A stretch of 64,000 nt of DNA from Basidiobolus meristosporus CBS 931.73. Its lineage: Eukaryota; Fungi; Basidiobolomycota. The DNA lies in contig MCFE01000071.1 of NCBI GenBank assembly GCA_002104905.1, positions 62,001 through 126,000 of the forward strand. Reading direction: 5' to 3'. The position numbers and the translations under genes are program-made. The number at the start of each line of letters is the position of its first letter. The stretch's first letter is position 1. The notes under the pieces were generated by a model that was given only the letters and a program-made list of their open reading frames with translations, did no database searches and was not told the DNA's origin. Below are positions 1 through 12,021 of the stretch, in pieces.

Positions 1-522
1 GTAGGGACCTTGCCATTGCATATCCAGCTTGGATGCCTTGTTTCTTTGGCTTTTTGTGTTGTGAAGTAGTATCAACTCACCTACTTCTAACAATGTTTTT
101 CTTAGGCATTTTTGAGCGTCAAAGTACTCCTTGCCAGCCATTCTGGATTTCTTCAGGTTTTCTATTGCATTCTGTTGCAGAGTGTGTGCTTGTTGAATCT
201 GTTGTACTCTTGCTTGCAATAGCTCTGATGTTGTCATGGTTGGTTTCCATGGGAGGGTAAGCCAATTCTCAAAAGATATGTCTATTGGCAAAACAGCTTC
301 ATGTCCATATATTAAAAAAAATAGTGTATACCCTGTACTTCTTTTGACCGTGACTCTATCAGACCAAATTGCTGCATGAAAGTTATTTGCCCATTTGTTG
401 GGTTCTTCATAGCTAAGCTTTGCTAATGTGTTTGCAAAAGCAGAATGTCCACGTTCAACTGGTGAATTTGCTTGTGGGTGGTATGGCGTAGTATGTATAA
501 GCTTGGTTCCATGCTTTGTTGC
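1..522 (-). pseudogene. pol: C-terminal half of the integrase of Ty3/Gypsy element B1 (runs off the window to the left)
   Basis: The reverse strand reads ATKHGTKLIHTTPYHPQANSPVERGH... and later ...KLDMQWQGPY. This joins in frame to ...ADNGECGSYEIQTLA at 7698+ once element A1 and one TTGC copy are removed. Confidence 0.9.
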
Positions 523-1593
523 TGTAGTGGGTTGACAGTGACACCCATTGACAGATGTGCTCATTCCCTTATTTTCTACTTCCCTATATCTCTACTACAC
601 TTATTTTAGTTTTATCCCATTTGTCTTACCCAATCAGTACTATCCTATAAGCTGGTTGACTATCACACCTGCTTACCTTATTGCATAAGTTACCCCTCAC
701 TTTATGTAAGATTACTAGCTATAAGTACTTCTATATTAGGCAAGTACCCGTGTCAGTACCCGTGACACATGATCAGCCCGTGTCACCATCCCTACCATTT
801 ACATACCATATATGGTATCCCCATGTTACACAGGTTTCAGAATACTGATTCCTGATTGGTTGGATGTGCTGTGCCTCTTAGAACCTTCCGGCACCTACTT
901 AGAACATTCTTAGGTCATTCTGATGTCATTAAGATTTCTATTGATCTCCAGAACTTTCTGGAACACCATGATTAGTTATCACTTAGCCAGTGAAAAAAGT
1001 ATATAAGGGAGGCTATCCCTCAACAATAAATCATCATCCCTTTTATCAATATACTGACTTGTTGATTAGTGTGATCACTGCTACCTGCTGCTACCTGAAC
1101 TTCCAACCCCAGACCACAGGACACTCCCAGGAAACCGCGCTGACAGCCAACTGACCTTGGAGGCACTACTTGTGAGGAATACTCAGAGTAGGTTTCTTTT
1201 ATTATATTTGATTCTTTCCCAAGTTTGTTCTTGTACAGGCAAAGATACTTTTCTGTCTTTGTAACTATTGACCAAAGCTGCATTCTTATCAAGTCCCTGC
1301 TGGTGGAGTTTACAGTTGTTTTGACTTTGGAAGCTTTAGTACATTGTCATCTCAAAGGACGCTGAACCCATCACATACTTTTGTTAAGACGCCAACTAAG
1401 TTGGGGATTGTAGCTCAATAGTTTTCCCTTGACAAGCTTGTGGCTTTATCCCCCTTCACATTAGATTAGAGACAGAACCCAAGTATTCCTAGCAAGCTTT
1501 TGCCAGAGGTTATCACACCCAGTGAACACCCCACACACAAAACACTTGAGAAGTGTTGGACGTATCTCTCCCTTGGACTTATACACCACCACA
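523..1593 (+). repeat. 5' LTR of A1
   Basis: TGTAGTGG...CACCACA; direct repeat of 6627-7697 with about two dozen substitutions by eye. TATA-like GTATATAAGG near 1000 and AATAAA near 1025. Confidence 0.97.
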
Positions 1594-3694
1594 TATATTG
1601 GCACCCAACATGGGGGGTTCATACAAGCTCCCTAGGACCCAACAAGATTTACCTGAAGATTTGAGCTGTTATCCACCTATTGAAAAGAGACTACCGATAT
1701 TACCAAGATTACAACACCAACATACCTGCCCAAAAATGAACTCTATGCCATTACCACTCTCACATGGAGCCCCACAGTTTGATGGAAAGAATGTGGAGAG
1801 CTTCATATTCAAATGGGAGAAGCTCTGCAAGATGTGCAGCCTATCTGAACAAGAAATGGCTGAAGACTTCCCCTACTACTGCACCGATGATATTACCACT
1901 AAGCTTCTCAGACAAGGAGACATTCTCACTGACTGGGCCTTAATGAAAACCTACCTACAGACCAAGTATGGTAGACCCCAGATATACTATGGAATTGAAG
2001 ACCTCAGGCACTTTGGAAGAACTGGACTTTCCAAGCTACCACTTGAAGAGTTCATTCAACAGTATGAAGATATGGCCAAGCCACTCCTAGAGTCCCAGGC
2101 TATAACTGAGTTTACCATGACACTTTACCTTGCACAAGGGCTTCCCCAGGACTTGGCAAGGAAAGTTGACTTACATGCAGCCAAGGATGACAAGTCTGGC
2201 ATTCCTTGCTTTGCAGAGATGAAACATGTTCTCCTAGAGGCAAAGCAAACTTCTACCTTTATGAGACTCCTGACATCTAATCTGCCAGACCAGTCAACCA
2301 AGGAGCCAAGGAGTGCTGCTGCTGACAATCAGACCTATGCTATCAACAGAGTTGACCAACTTGCTGAACAGCTACAAAAGCTAGCCCTCAAGATTAATGG
2401 CTCAGCTGAGGTTGCTACTGTGGGACAAAGACCTTTGCCCAGGCACTGCATCTGGTGTGACTCTACTCAGCATGCCAGACAAGAATGCTCAGAGCTTAGC
2501 CAGCTACTCAGAGAAGGAGTAGTACAGTTTGATGCTGATGGAATGCTTGCTGACAAGGAAGGAAGAAGGATTCCCACTAATTTCCAAAGAGGAGGGATGA
2601 GAGCCCTTTTCCAGAAATCTGACTCAGCAACCAGAATGATTACTGTTGATGCCCCTATTGGGACTCATAAAGTGAATCCAAGCAGCCCTGACAACAGACA
2701 ATATGAAGTTGATGCCTTTGCTAACAAAAGACACCTCCCTGAAGAACCTGCCAAACCCATCCTTAGAAGACCACAATTTGAAGAACCTGAAGTTGTTATT
2801 GACAAGAGGCCTAGTATGCTGCCCACCCAAAATCCATTGCCTCACTTTCAGATGACCTCAAAGATAGCAAGCTACTCAAGCCCTCAACTGATTACTGAGA
2901 AGCTGCTGAAGCAGAACCTCACTGTGTTGGTTGGAGAAATCATGAGTGTATCCCCATCTGTTAGGAAGACCTTTGATGAGCAGCTTAGAACAAGACAACA
3001 AGCTGTTGAACATATGGACACTCATATAATTCAGACAAACCATGAAGACCACCAAAAGGATGACAACACTACTGAATATAAGACCTTTTACTCAGTTGCA
3101 ACTGCTGTGGTGAAAGGGTATATATATGATGACCCTGTTGACTGCCATATTGACAGTGGCTCAGAGATTTGTGTTATGCCGCTAGACTTCTGGAAGACAC
3201 TTAAAAGCAAGGAGCTACTGCCTGTTGATAGAGATATTGGATGGAACATGACTGATGCAAACTCAGGATCTAGTCCACTCTATGGTGTAGTACACAAGTT
3301 TCCTATTGAGGTACAAGGAATCAAGGTCTGGCTTCCCCTCTTCATCTGCCAGAAGGCAAACATTGACCTTCTGCTAGGTAGACCATGGGAAACCAGTACT
3401 AAGGCTACAACTACCAACTATTCCAATGGGTCAGTATGGTACACCATACAAGGATCCAATCCAGGACTACAGTCAGCCTTCTGTGGTGTAACACCCAACA
3501 ATAAGAGGACACATACTGCTTGCCAGAAGGCACATCTTGTTATGGAAGAAGATGAAGAGCCTGACAATATACACCCCAACATTTGGAGCTGCTCATTAGG
3601 TATACAGGAGCAAACAGCTATGGTTCAAACAAAATACAAGACAGTAGAACAGAAGATTAGACCATCACTTACCCCACTGACTGATGGGTCTTGA
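1553..3694 (+). pseudogene. gag: A1 Gag + aspartic protease (true start probably ATG 1610 or 1737)
   Basis: FDGKNVESFIFKWE gag N-terminus, CCHC knuckle CIWCDSTQHARQEC and protease HIDSGSE. Ends at an in-frame TGA (3692-3694) that is in frame with the RT ORF. Confidence 0.9.
1599..1616 (+). promoter_or_regulatory. Primer-binding site of A1, tRNA-Lys(CUU)-type
   Basis: TGGCACCCAACATGGGGG, 5 nt after the LTR, resembles the tRNA-Lys PBS TGGCGCCCAACGTGGGGC with both CpGs decayed to CpA. Confidence 0.8.
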
Positions 3695-6587
3695 CCTGCT
3701 GAATACATTAGACCACCAGAAGAAACACCAGATGATATACAACTTACACCTGAGAGACTTAAGCAACTTATCATTGGTGATGGAAACCTAACACCAGAGG
3801 AGATACTATTATTCAAGGAGACCTTGAAAAGGCGTGATAAGGTCTTATCATATAATGACAAGGAGATGGGACTCTTAAAGATATTGGTTGAAAAACCCAT
3901 CAAGATTCATACAGTGCCCCACACACCCGGGTCATTTAAGCCTGACCCACTGCCCAGAGGACTCCAAGCTAATGTGTATGACCTAATTGAGAAGAAGATA
4001 GAAGCTGGTATCCTAGAACCTTGCCATGGACCCTATGCTAACAGATGGTTTGTGACCAAAAAGAAGAATGGAAAGCTCCAATTCATTCAAGTCATGCAAC
4101 CTGCAAATGCTGTCACTATCAGAGATGCTGCTATACCTCCATCTATTGATGACTTTGCAGAAAGCTTTAGTGGCCACTCCATCTACTCAACATATGATCT
4201 CTACTCAGGATATGACCAGATCCCCCTTGATGAGACATCAAGAGATATGTTTGCACTACAGACACCATTTGGACTGTTAAGGATGACGAGAGTCAGTCAA
4301 GGGGCTACAAACTCCATGGCTCAGTTCCAGAGATGCATGGTAAATGTGCTGTATCAGTTTATACCTGAGAAACTTGCTGTCTTTGTGGATGACATAGGCA
4401 TCAAAGGATCAAAATTCCGGGACACCACTGAAGTTATGCCTGGAGTAGGAAAGTTTGTCTATGACCATATTGCAGACAATGATGCCATATTAGGAGCCAT
4501 TGAAGAAGCTGGACTCACCATCAGTGGTGAGAAAAGCAGCTTTGGTGTATCAGAGATATCCATTGTTGGACAAAAATGCAACACCTTTGGTCGTTCACCT
4601 GGAGACTCCAAGACACAAAAGATATGCAACTGGCCTACCCCCACAAATCTCACACAAGCTTGTGGCTTTGTGGCTGCTTGTGGGTTCTTTAGGATCTGGA
4701 TCCTAAGATTTTCTGAGATAGCAGAACCAATTTACCAACTACAGAGAAAGAACACCCCATTTATCTGGGGAGAAGAGCAAGAAGAAGCCATGCAATTACT
4801 GAAAGAGGCCTTAGTATCTCCACCAGTTCTAAGACCTCTTGACTATCAAAACACTGAATGCCCACCTATTTTGACAGTGGATGCAAGCCCTATAGGAGCT
4901 GGAGCACTATTTGGACAAGATGATGAAGATGGCAACCGCTATGCCTGCAGATATGAGAGCTGCCTATTCTCTCCTAGAGAACAAAGATACTCACAGATTA
5001 AGAGAGAACTACTAGGAGTTGTGAAGATGCTGAGGAAACTGAAGTCACAACTCTACATGACACATTTTATCCTGGAGATAGATGCCAAGCCACTTATAGG
5101 AATGATCAACAAGCCTGACCTACCTGATGATGCCACAAGCCGATGGATGGCATGGCTGAAAATGTTTGACTTTGAGGTCAAACATATCCCTGGCAAGACA
5201 AATGTTGTGGCTGATGCAATCTCCAGGAAGGGACCACAATTATTTGAAGACTTGGACCCTCACTTTGATGATATTGTTGATGCAGAGATCTTACAGATTG
5301 CCATCAAAGACCAAGAGAGAACTACCTGGAGCCTGATCAAGGAATATCTAAGGACACTTAAGAAACCTAGTTGGATGGATATTCAGGAGTTTAGAAAACT
5401 CAGGAAGAAGGCACACCACTACTATCTTAAAGATGATCTTCTCTTTAAGCGAGTGAAACCTGGACTTATGCCAAGAAGAGTAGTCACTGCCCCTCAAGAG
5501 CAACTGAACATCATGACAAGCATCCACCAAGGAGAACCAGGAGGACATAGAGGACAAGAAGCCACCTACAATACTACAGCTCAGAGGTACTACTGGGAAA
5601 CATGTACTATGATTCCAACACTTTGTTGAGTCATGTGTAGCCTGCCAGAAGAGATCCTCCAAGCGTTATGAAGAACCACTGCTTCCTACTTACACAATCT
5701 GTCTATGGCAAAAGGTTGGTATTGACCTTGTCCACATGCCAACAGCTGGATCAAAAAAGTACCTGATTGTTGATAGAGATGACCTTAGTGGATGGGCAGA
5801 GGCTTGACCCTTGCCCAACAACAAGAGCCATACCATATGGAGATTTATACTTGAAGACATCATCTGCAGATTTGGCTGCATCCAACAGTTTGTTGCTGAC
5901 AGAGGAGAGATGACATCCCAAATGATCCAGGAGTTGTGCTCCAAGTACAAGATACACATTGCTTTTACAACAGCTTACCACCCTCAAGCCAATGGAATGA
6001 TAGAGAGGGGACATGGACCATTGGTGAACTCTCTTGTCAAGACCTGTGAGAATAACACAACATTGTGGCCACAGCAATTACATCTTGCACTCTGGGCAGA
6101 TAGAATTACTACTAAGAGAACAACTGGATTATTGCCATTCAAGCTACTCTATGGACATGACTGCATACTACCAGTTGAGTTAAACACAGTCACTTGGAAC
6201 TCATTGAATTGGAGATCCAATATGCAGACTGAAGACCTCCTTGCAACTTGCACACAGCAACTTGATCACCATGACTTGAATATCAGCAGAGCTGCTGAAC
6301 AACTTAAGGATACACGACTAAAGAACAAGGTGCCCTTTGACAAATTGCACCCAACAAGACCAAAACCACTATCACTAGGAGACCCAGTATTACTCTACAA
6401 TTCTACCTTGGACAAACAATGGAGTTGGAAGTTTGACAACAAATGGACTGGCCCCTACCTCATATCCAAAGTGATTGGAAATGGAAGTTATTACATATCT
6501 GAGCTTGACAACACCCAGTTGAGTGCACCAGTTGCTGGAAATTGACTTAAGTTATTCAAGCATAAGAATTCCGCACATCAAGATTAG
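3695..6587 (+). pseudogene. pol: A1 RT-RNase H-integrase with a frameshift (~5600) and in-frame stops (5805, 6543)
   Basis: RT motifs YDLYSGYDQ and FVDD; RNase H LTVDAS; integrase GGHRG..C..CQ, IDLVHMP, VADRG, QANGMIERGH and WTGPY. Confidence 0.92.
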
Positions 6588-6612
6588 TTTGCTTTGACCC
6601 AAGTTCAAAGCT

Positions 6613-6626
6613 GAGAGGGGAGTGGA
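6613..6626 (+). promoter_or_regulatory. Polypurine tract of A1
   Basis: GAGAGGGGAGTGGA immediately before the 3' LTR TG. Confidence 0.85.
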
Positions 6627-7697
6627 TGTAGTGGGGTGACAGTGACACCCACTGACAGATGTGCTCATTCCCTTATTTTCTACTTCCCTATATCACTACT
6701 ACACTTATTTTAGTTTTATCCCATTTGTCTTACCCAATCAGTACTATTCCATAAGCCGGTTGACTATCACACCTGCTTACCTTATTGCATAAGTTACCCC
6801 TCACTTTATGTAAGATTACTAGCTATAAGTACTTCTATATTAGGCAAGTACCCGCGCCAGTACCCGTGACACATGATCAGCCTGTGTCACCATCCCTACC
6901 ATTTCTATACCATATATGGTATCCCCATGTTACACAGGTCTCAGAATACTGATTCCTGATTGGTTGGATGTGCTGTGCCTCTTAGAACCTTCCGGCACCT
7001 ACTTAGAACATTCTTAGGTCATTCTGATGTCATTAAGATTGCTATTGATCTCCGGAACCTTCTGGAACACCATGATTAGTAATCACTTAGCCAGTGAAAA
7101 AAGTATATAAGGGAGGCTATCCCTCAACAATAAATCATCATCCCTTTTATCAATATACCGACTTGCTGATTAGTGTGATCCCTGCTACCTGCTGCTACCT
7201 GAACTTCCAACCCTAGACCACAGGACACTCCCAGGAAACCGCGCTGACAGCCAACTGACCTTAGAGGCACTACTTGTGAGGAATACTCAGAGTAGGTATC
7301 TTTTATTATATTTGATTCTTTCCCAAGTTTGTTCTTGTACAGGCAAAGATACTTTTCTGTCTTTGTAACTATTGACCAAAGCTGCATTCTTATCAAGTCC
7401 CTGCTGGTGGAGTTTACAGTTGTTTTGACTTTGGAAGCTTTAGTACATTGTCATCTCAAAGGACGCTGAACCCATCACATACTTTTGTTAAGACGCCAAC
7501 TAAGTTGGGGATTGTAGCTCAATAGTTTTCCCTTGACAAGCTTGTGGCTTTATCCCCGTTCACATTAGATTAGAGACAGAACCCAAGTATTCCTAGCTAG
7601 CTTTTGCCAGAGGTTATCGCACCCAGTGAACACCCCACACACAAAACACTTGAGAAGTGTTGGACGTATCTCTCCCTTGGACTTATACACCACCACA
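6627..7697 (+). repeat. 3' LTR of A1
   Basis: 1071-bp direct repeat of 523-1593. Confidence 0.97.
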
Positions 7698-7701
7698 TTG
7701 C

Positions 7702-10700
7702 TAGTGTTTGTATTTCATAAGATCCACATTCTCCATTGTCTGCAATAAGGGTGCCAACTGAACCATATCTGAGATATACATCTTCTTTGAGAAATCTTGC
7801 TACTGCTTTTGCATTGGCTTGTTTCAGCATTCTAGCCTCTATCCAACCAGTAAAGTTATCACAACAGTCCACCACATACTTATACCCAGCTGTTGTCCTT
7901 GGTAAATGTATAATATCTACATGTGCAATTTGCCAAGCATAAGATGTGTATATACTGTGAAGTGGCTCATGCATCTTTTGGTTGTCTCTTCTTTGACATG
8001 GAATACATGATTTCACATATTCTTTTGTGTCAGTGTACAGAGTTGGCCAAAAATACTGTAAAGAGATTTTTGCATATGTAGATGTAATTCCCTTATGACC
8101 TCCTGATTCAGATTCATGCAATTCTTGAATGATCTTCTCTTGATCATGCTTGTTATGTATATACTGTCAAGGAACTCCATGTTTGCTTTTTCTGAAAAGT
8201 GTGCCGTCATGCAGTGAAAACTTCAGAGCCTTCCTTTTAAAATTTGTGCATTGATTTGTGGAAATATCAGCAGGAACTTTGAGTGATGTAAGAAATTCCT
8301 TGACTTGTTGATAATTGCTTTGTATCATATGTCTGAATGAGAATCCAAGACTAGTGTTTTCAAGGAACTCATCAATCTCATCATCATCAGTTGAGTACAG
8401 TGAATTTGGTTGCTTTCTAGATAAGGCATCAGGTCCTTTGCGATTGGCTCCCGGTATGTGTTGCAGAGTAAAGTCAAAGATCTGGATGTATGATATCCAC
8501 CATGCTAGAATAGGATCAGGCAAAAGCTCCAACTTATTCAACATTCCTAATAATGGCTTGGCATCAACCTCCAGTATGAAGTGTACTCCTAATAAGTATG
8601 GCTTTAGATTTTGAGTACATAGAGTACTCCCAGTGCTTCTTTCTTGATAGATGGATAGTTAAGCTCATTCCCTTTGAATAGTCTACTAAGATATTTGCAA
8701 GGTTGTTGATGATGATCTTTTGAAACTTGAATCATGATTCCACCAACCCCAATTCCAGAGCTATCAACTGATACAATGATTGGTTGTGAATCAATAACAC
8801 TGCAGTCTATAGCTGCTAAGACAGGTGGCTTTGATAATGACTCAAGCAATGTCAACATAGCATTTGCCTGTTCTTCATGCCATTCAAATTTCTGGTTTTT
8901 CCGTAATAACTGAGTCAGTGGCTTAGCAATTTGAGCATAGTTCTTGATCCAGATTCTGAATAGACCAGTAGGTCCTAATAATTGTCTGACTTGATGAATA
9001 TTCCTTGGTGGCTTCCAATTTAGTGCCAATGAAAGTTTTGCAGGATCAGGCAATTTCCCTTTTTCAGTAACAAGTTCACCTAGAATGATTGCTTTGTTGT
9101 AGCCAAACTTGCATTTGGCTCCTGATACAGTCAGACCAGAAGCTTGAAGTTTCTTCATGACCCTCTCAACTGTGCTTATGTGATCATAAACATATCTTCT
9201 TACTTGAGGTAAGACATGCGATGTATCTTTTTCTCCGGACTCATTCTTAACTGCAATGTCATCAAGAAATGGTTGGCATATTTCAGGGAAACAGTCATCC
9301 AAAACTTGAATCATTGCATGTTGATAATTTTGGACAGAGTTTGTCCATCCTTGAGGAATTCTTGTCATCCTTATGAGTCCTATTGGTGTATCCATAGTGG
9401 TGAAATCTCTTGAGGTAGGATCCAGAAGTATTTGGTCATATCCTGAATAAAGATCCAATGTTGTAATCAGAGGATATCCAGTAAATGACTGAATATACTC
9501 ATGTTGTATGGGTGGTTGCATAGCATCTTTGATGGTGACCTTATTCAAATGCTGTACGTCTTGAATAAACTGTAGACTTCCATTTTTCTTCAACGGTGTA
9601 AACTAGGGGTTGCAATAAGGTCCATAGCTATATTCAATGACTCCACTCTGAAATCTTGATTGTAGCATTTCAATTACTTTGTTCAGTAATCTTGAGGGAA
9701 TAGGATATGATCTCAGTGCCCATGGTGTATGTTCAACGGTATGGATCTTAACCGGTGGAAATAGCTCTGTGGATAAACATCCTCTTTGTGCATCATTAAA
9801 TGCAAAGACATTGTCATAGCATTGTAGCATAGTCAAAAAGAGACTTCTCTCCTCAGTGGAAAGAGTAGTCCCAATAGCCAACTCCTTGAGCTTCTCTTCT
9901 GTGAGTCTGATTTTGTCATATTTGTGCAAAGGCTCCATTTGAGGATTGTTGTGGGCAGATGGTGAGATTCCAGTAGATACTGGCTTATACTTGGTATTTG
10001 TCTTACTTGTTGTCGATGGAATGAAGTGTTGATCATAAAACAAAATATCCTTATGAACCTGTATGTTTTGTACTGGAATGGTGTCTGCATTTCTTGGAGT
10101 ATTCTCTTCTGCTGCACAAAAGGTTGCCCTTCTTTTTCAATCATCAGATGTGATTGTCAGCCATAAGCTTCCATCAGGTCTATTATCAGCTTGTAGAAGA
10201 GATTTTCTCTCATATGGTTGTCCCAACAATACCTCAAAAGTGGGTCCATTGGCAACAATGAAAAAGGGAGAAGTAACCCTGATTCCTCCAATTTCAATTG
10301 GTACAGAGTGACAAAGTCCAAGCATCTTCTCTGTTGCACCTGTAGCAGTTCTCATATTCCAGTCAACTTCTGTCAATGGCAATTTGATTTTTTCAAAAGT
10401 CATAGCAGTGATAGCATTGATTTCTGATCCAGAATCAAAAACACATTCCACTTCAACATTGTTCATTGTAGCAGCATAGCTTCCTGTTGTTATAGAGTAA
10501 AAGGCTTTTTCCACTTCAAATTGTAGTTGTTCACTTGATAACATTGTTGATGACTGTTCTTGATAATTCTTCAGGATATCTTTGTTCATAGGCTTAACCA
10601 TTTCTGGTAGTAGTTGACTGAGATTGTTGATGGCAGTGAACATTTCTTGATTTGTAAGTTGTGGAAATGGAGATTTCCAAAATTTGTCGATAACTTTCTG

Positions 10701-11954
10701 TGTAATTGCAGTAGTGTCATACTTAGATTGAGGTTGCAAGTGTTCTTTTTGGATTTTTGATGTTTCTGGCTGTACTGGTATTTCAACAATTGGCTGATTT
10801 CTTTTGTTGGTACACACTTTTATAGGATTGTTCTCTGTAGAAACATACTTTCTCTTATCAACAAGGCAATTAAACTCTTCAACTTCCTCTTTTTCCATTA
10901 GATATTCTTGGACCTGCCCTGATGGATCTGATATTGTGAGTATGTAACGTTCATTGCTTGGAATTTCTGCAGTCTTTTGGATTTGTATGAAATTTGATGT
11001 CTTGGTGCTTTTACTTGATTCTTCTTGAGCAAGTACATAGGACCTCATTCCACCATAACCTCTGTTGATAGGCAAGGGGTTTCCAGCAATATCACAGATC
11101 TTCCCATAACAATCAATCATCACCTTATGACTGTCAATATCAATATTCAATATTTGACAACCATAATGGCTATGCTCAGCAGATTCACAGTACACACAAT
11201 ATTTGGTTTGCTGTGGATAATTACTGGTTGTTTTGGGATTTTCTGGTCTTGCCTTGCTGATGCTTGATGATGGTACACTTTGAGAGTCCAACTTAAGCGT
11301 CAGTTTTCCTAATGCATCAATCAATTCATTAACCTGATCACTTTGTGGGTTATTTGTACAATGAAGAATTTGTTTAGCTGGAGTGGAAATCTTCATTTGA
11401 ATATTAATGGAATCCATGACTTGTCTCCCTGATTGATAGTTTAACACCAATTGTTTAACATTGTCGTAGGAGCTTGTAGCCTGAATTTGGTGGCTAATGG
11501 CATTACGTATTTCAGGAGGCATATTCATCAGAAAATAGTTTCTTTGATAAAATCTTGGAATTCCAATAGCTGCTTCAACATGCCTTGCTTTTGACTCAAA
11601 CTTTTGAATGTACTTCTGCAAGGGTTGGGTCTTGTCTTAAGGCATTTCTAGCTCATTTAGTGTAACAAACTGTGCTTCTTTTTGGTATTCAGCTAAAATA
11701 GCTTGCTGAGCAGTGTCCCAGTTATAGTTAGCACCAACAGATATCTTAAATGGGTCCAATCTTTGTAAGAATCTTGATACTTCAACTTCACAGAGAAAGG
11801 GAAACAATTGGATTTTGTTCTTGTGTGATAGCTCAAATGCTGCAGCTATACCGTTAAACTCTTCTAGAAACTCAGTAACATTCTCTCCTGAGAATTTTAC
11901 TGGAATGGCACCTTTAAAAGTGGCTATTAACTCTGGGAGTGGTGTATCGGTCAT
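7702..11954 (-). pseudogene. gag-pol: B1 gag-pol, originally one ORF; in-frame stops at 11637, 10137, 9603 and 8167, frameshift near 8605
   Basis: FSGENVTEFLEEF gag, CVYCESAEHSHYGC knuckle, FDSGSE protease, LDLYSGYDQ/FLDD RT, VSVDSS RNase H, GGHKG..CIPC zinc finger, VDIIHLP/IADNG integrase core. The ORF pieces are in frame across the stops. Confidence 0.93.
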
Positions 11955-11997
11955 TCTTGTAACGTTTCTTGATGCTTGTATAGTGAAAGGTTCAAAC

Positions 11998-12015
11998 TAC
12001 CCAGGTCCTCCACCA
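11998..12015 (-). promoter_or_regulatory. Primer-binding site of B1, tRNA-Ala-type
   Basis: The minus strand reads TGGTGGAGGACCTGGG a few nt after the LTR end; TGGTGGAG is the start typical of tRNA-Ala PBSs. Confidence 0.65.
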
Positions 12016-12021
12016 AATTCT

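Larger units (their letters stand above)
523..7697 (+). mobile_element. Full-length Ty3/Gypsy LTR retrotransposon A1 (inactivated)
   Basis: Two 1071-bp TG..CA LTRs (523-1593, 6627-7697), PBS, PPT and gag-PR-RT-RH-IN order. 4-bp TSD TTGC at 519-522 and 7698-7701. Confidence 0.97.

Noticed and set aside
1020-1292. 90-aa antisense ORF present in both A1 LTRs (also 7124-7396)
   Set aside because: The duplication is trivial because the LTRs are ~98% identical. No motif is recognisable, and the ORF track shows no equivalent in the solo LTR at 50211-51271.
3692-3694. Possible programmed gag/pol stop-codon readthrough in A1 (and at 10137 in B1)
   Set aside because: The two stops are not at homologous positions, and other in-frame CGA->TGA-type stops occur in the same elements, so decay is the simpler explanation.
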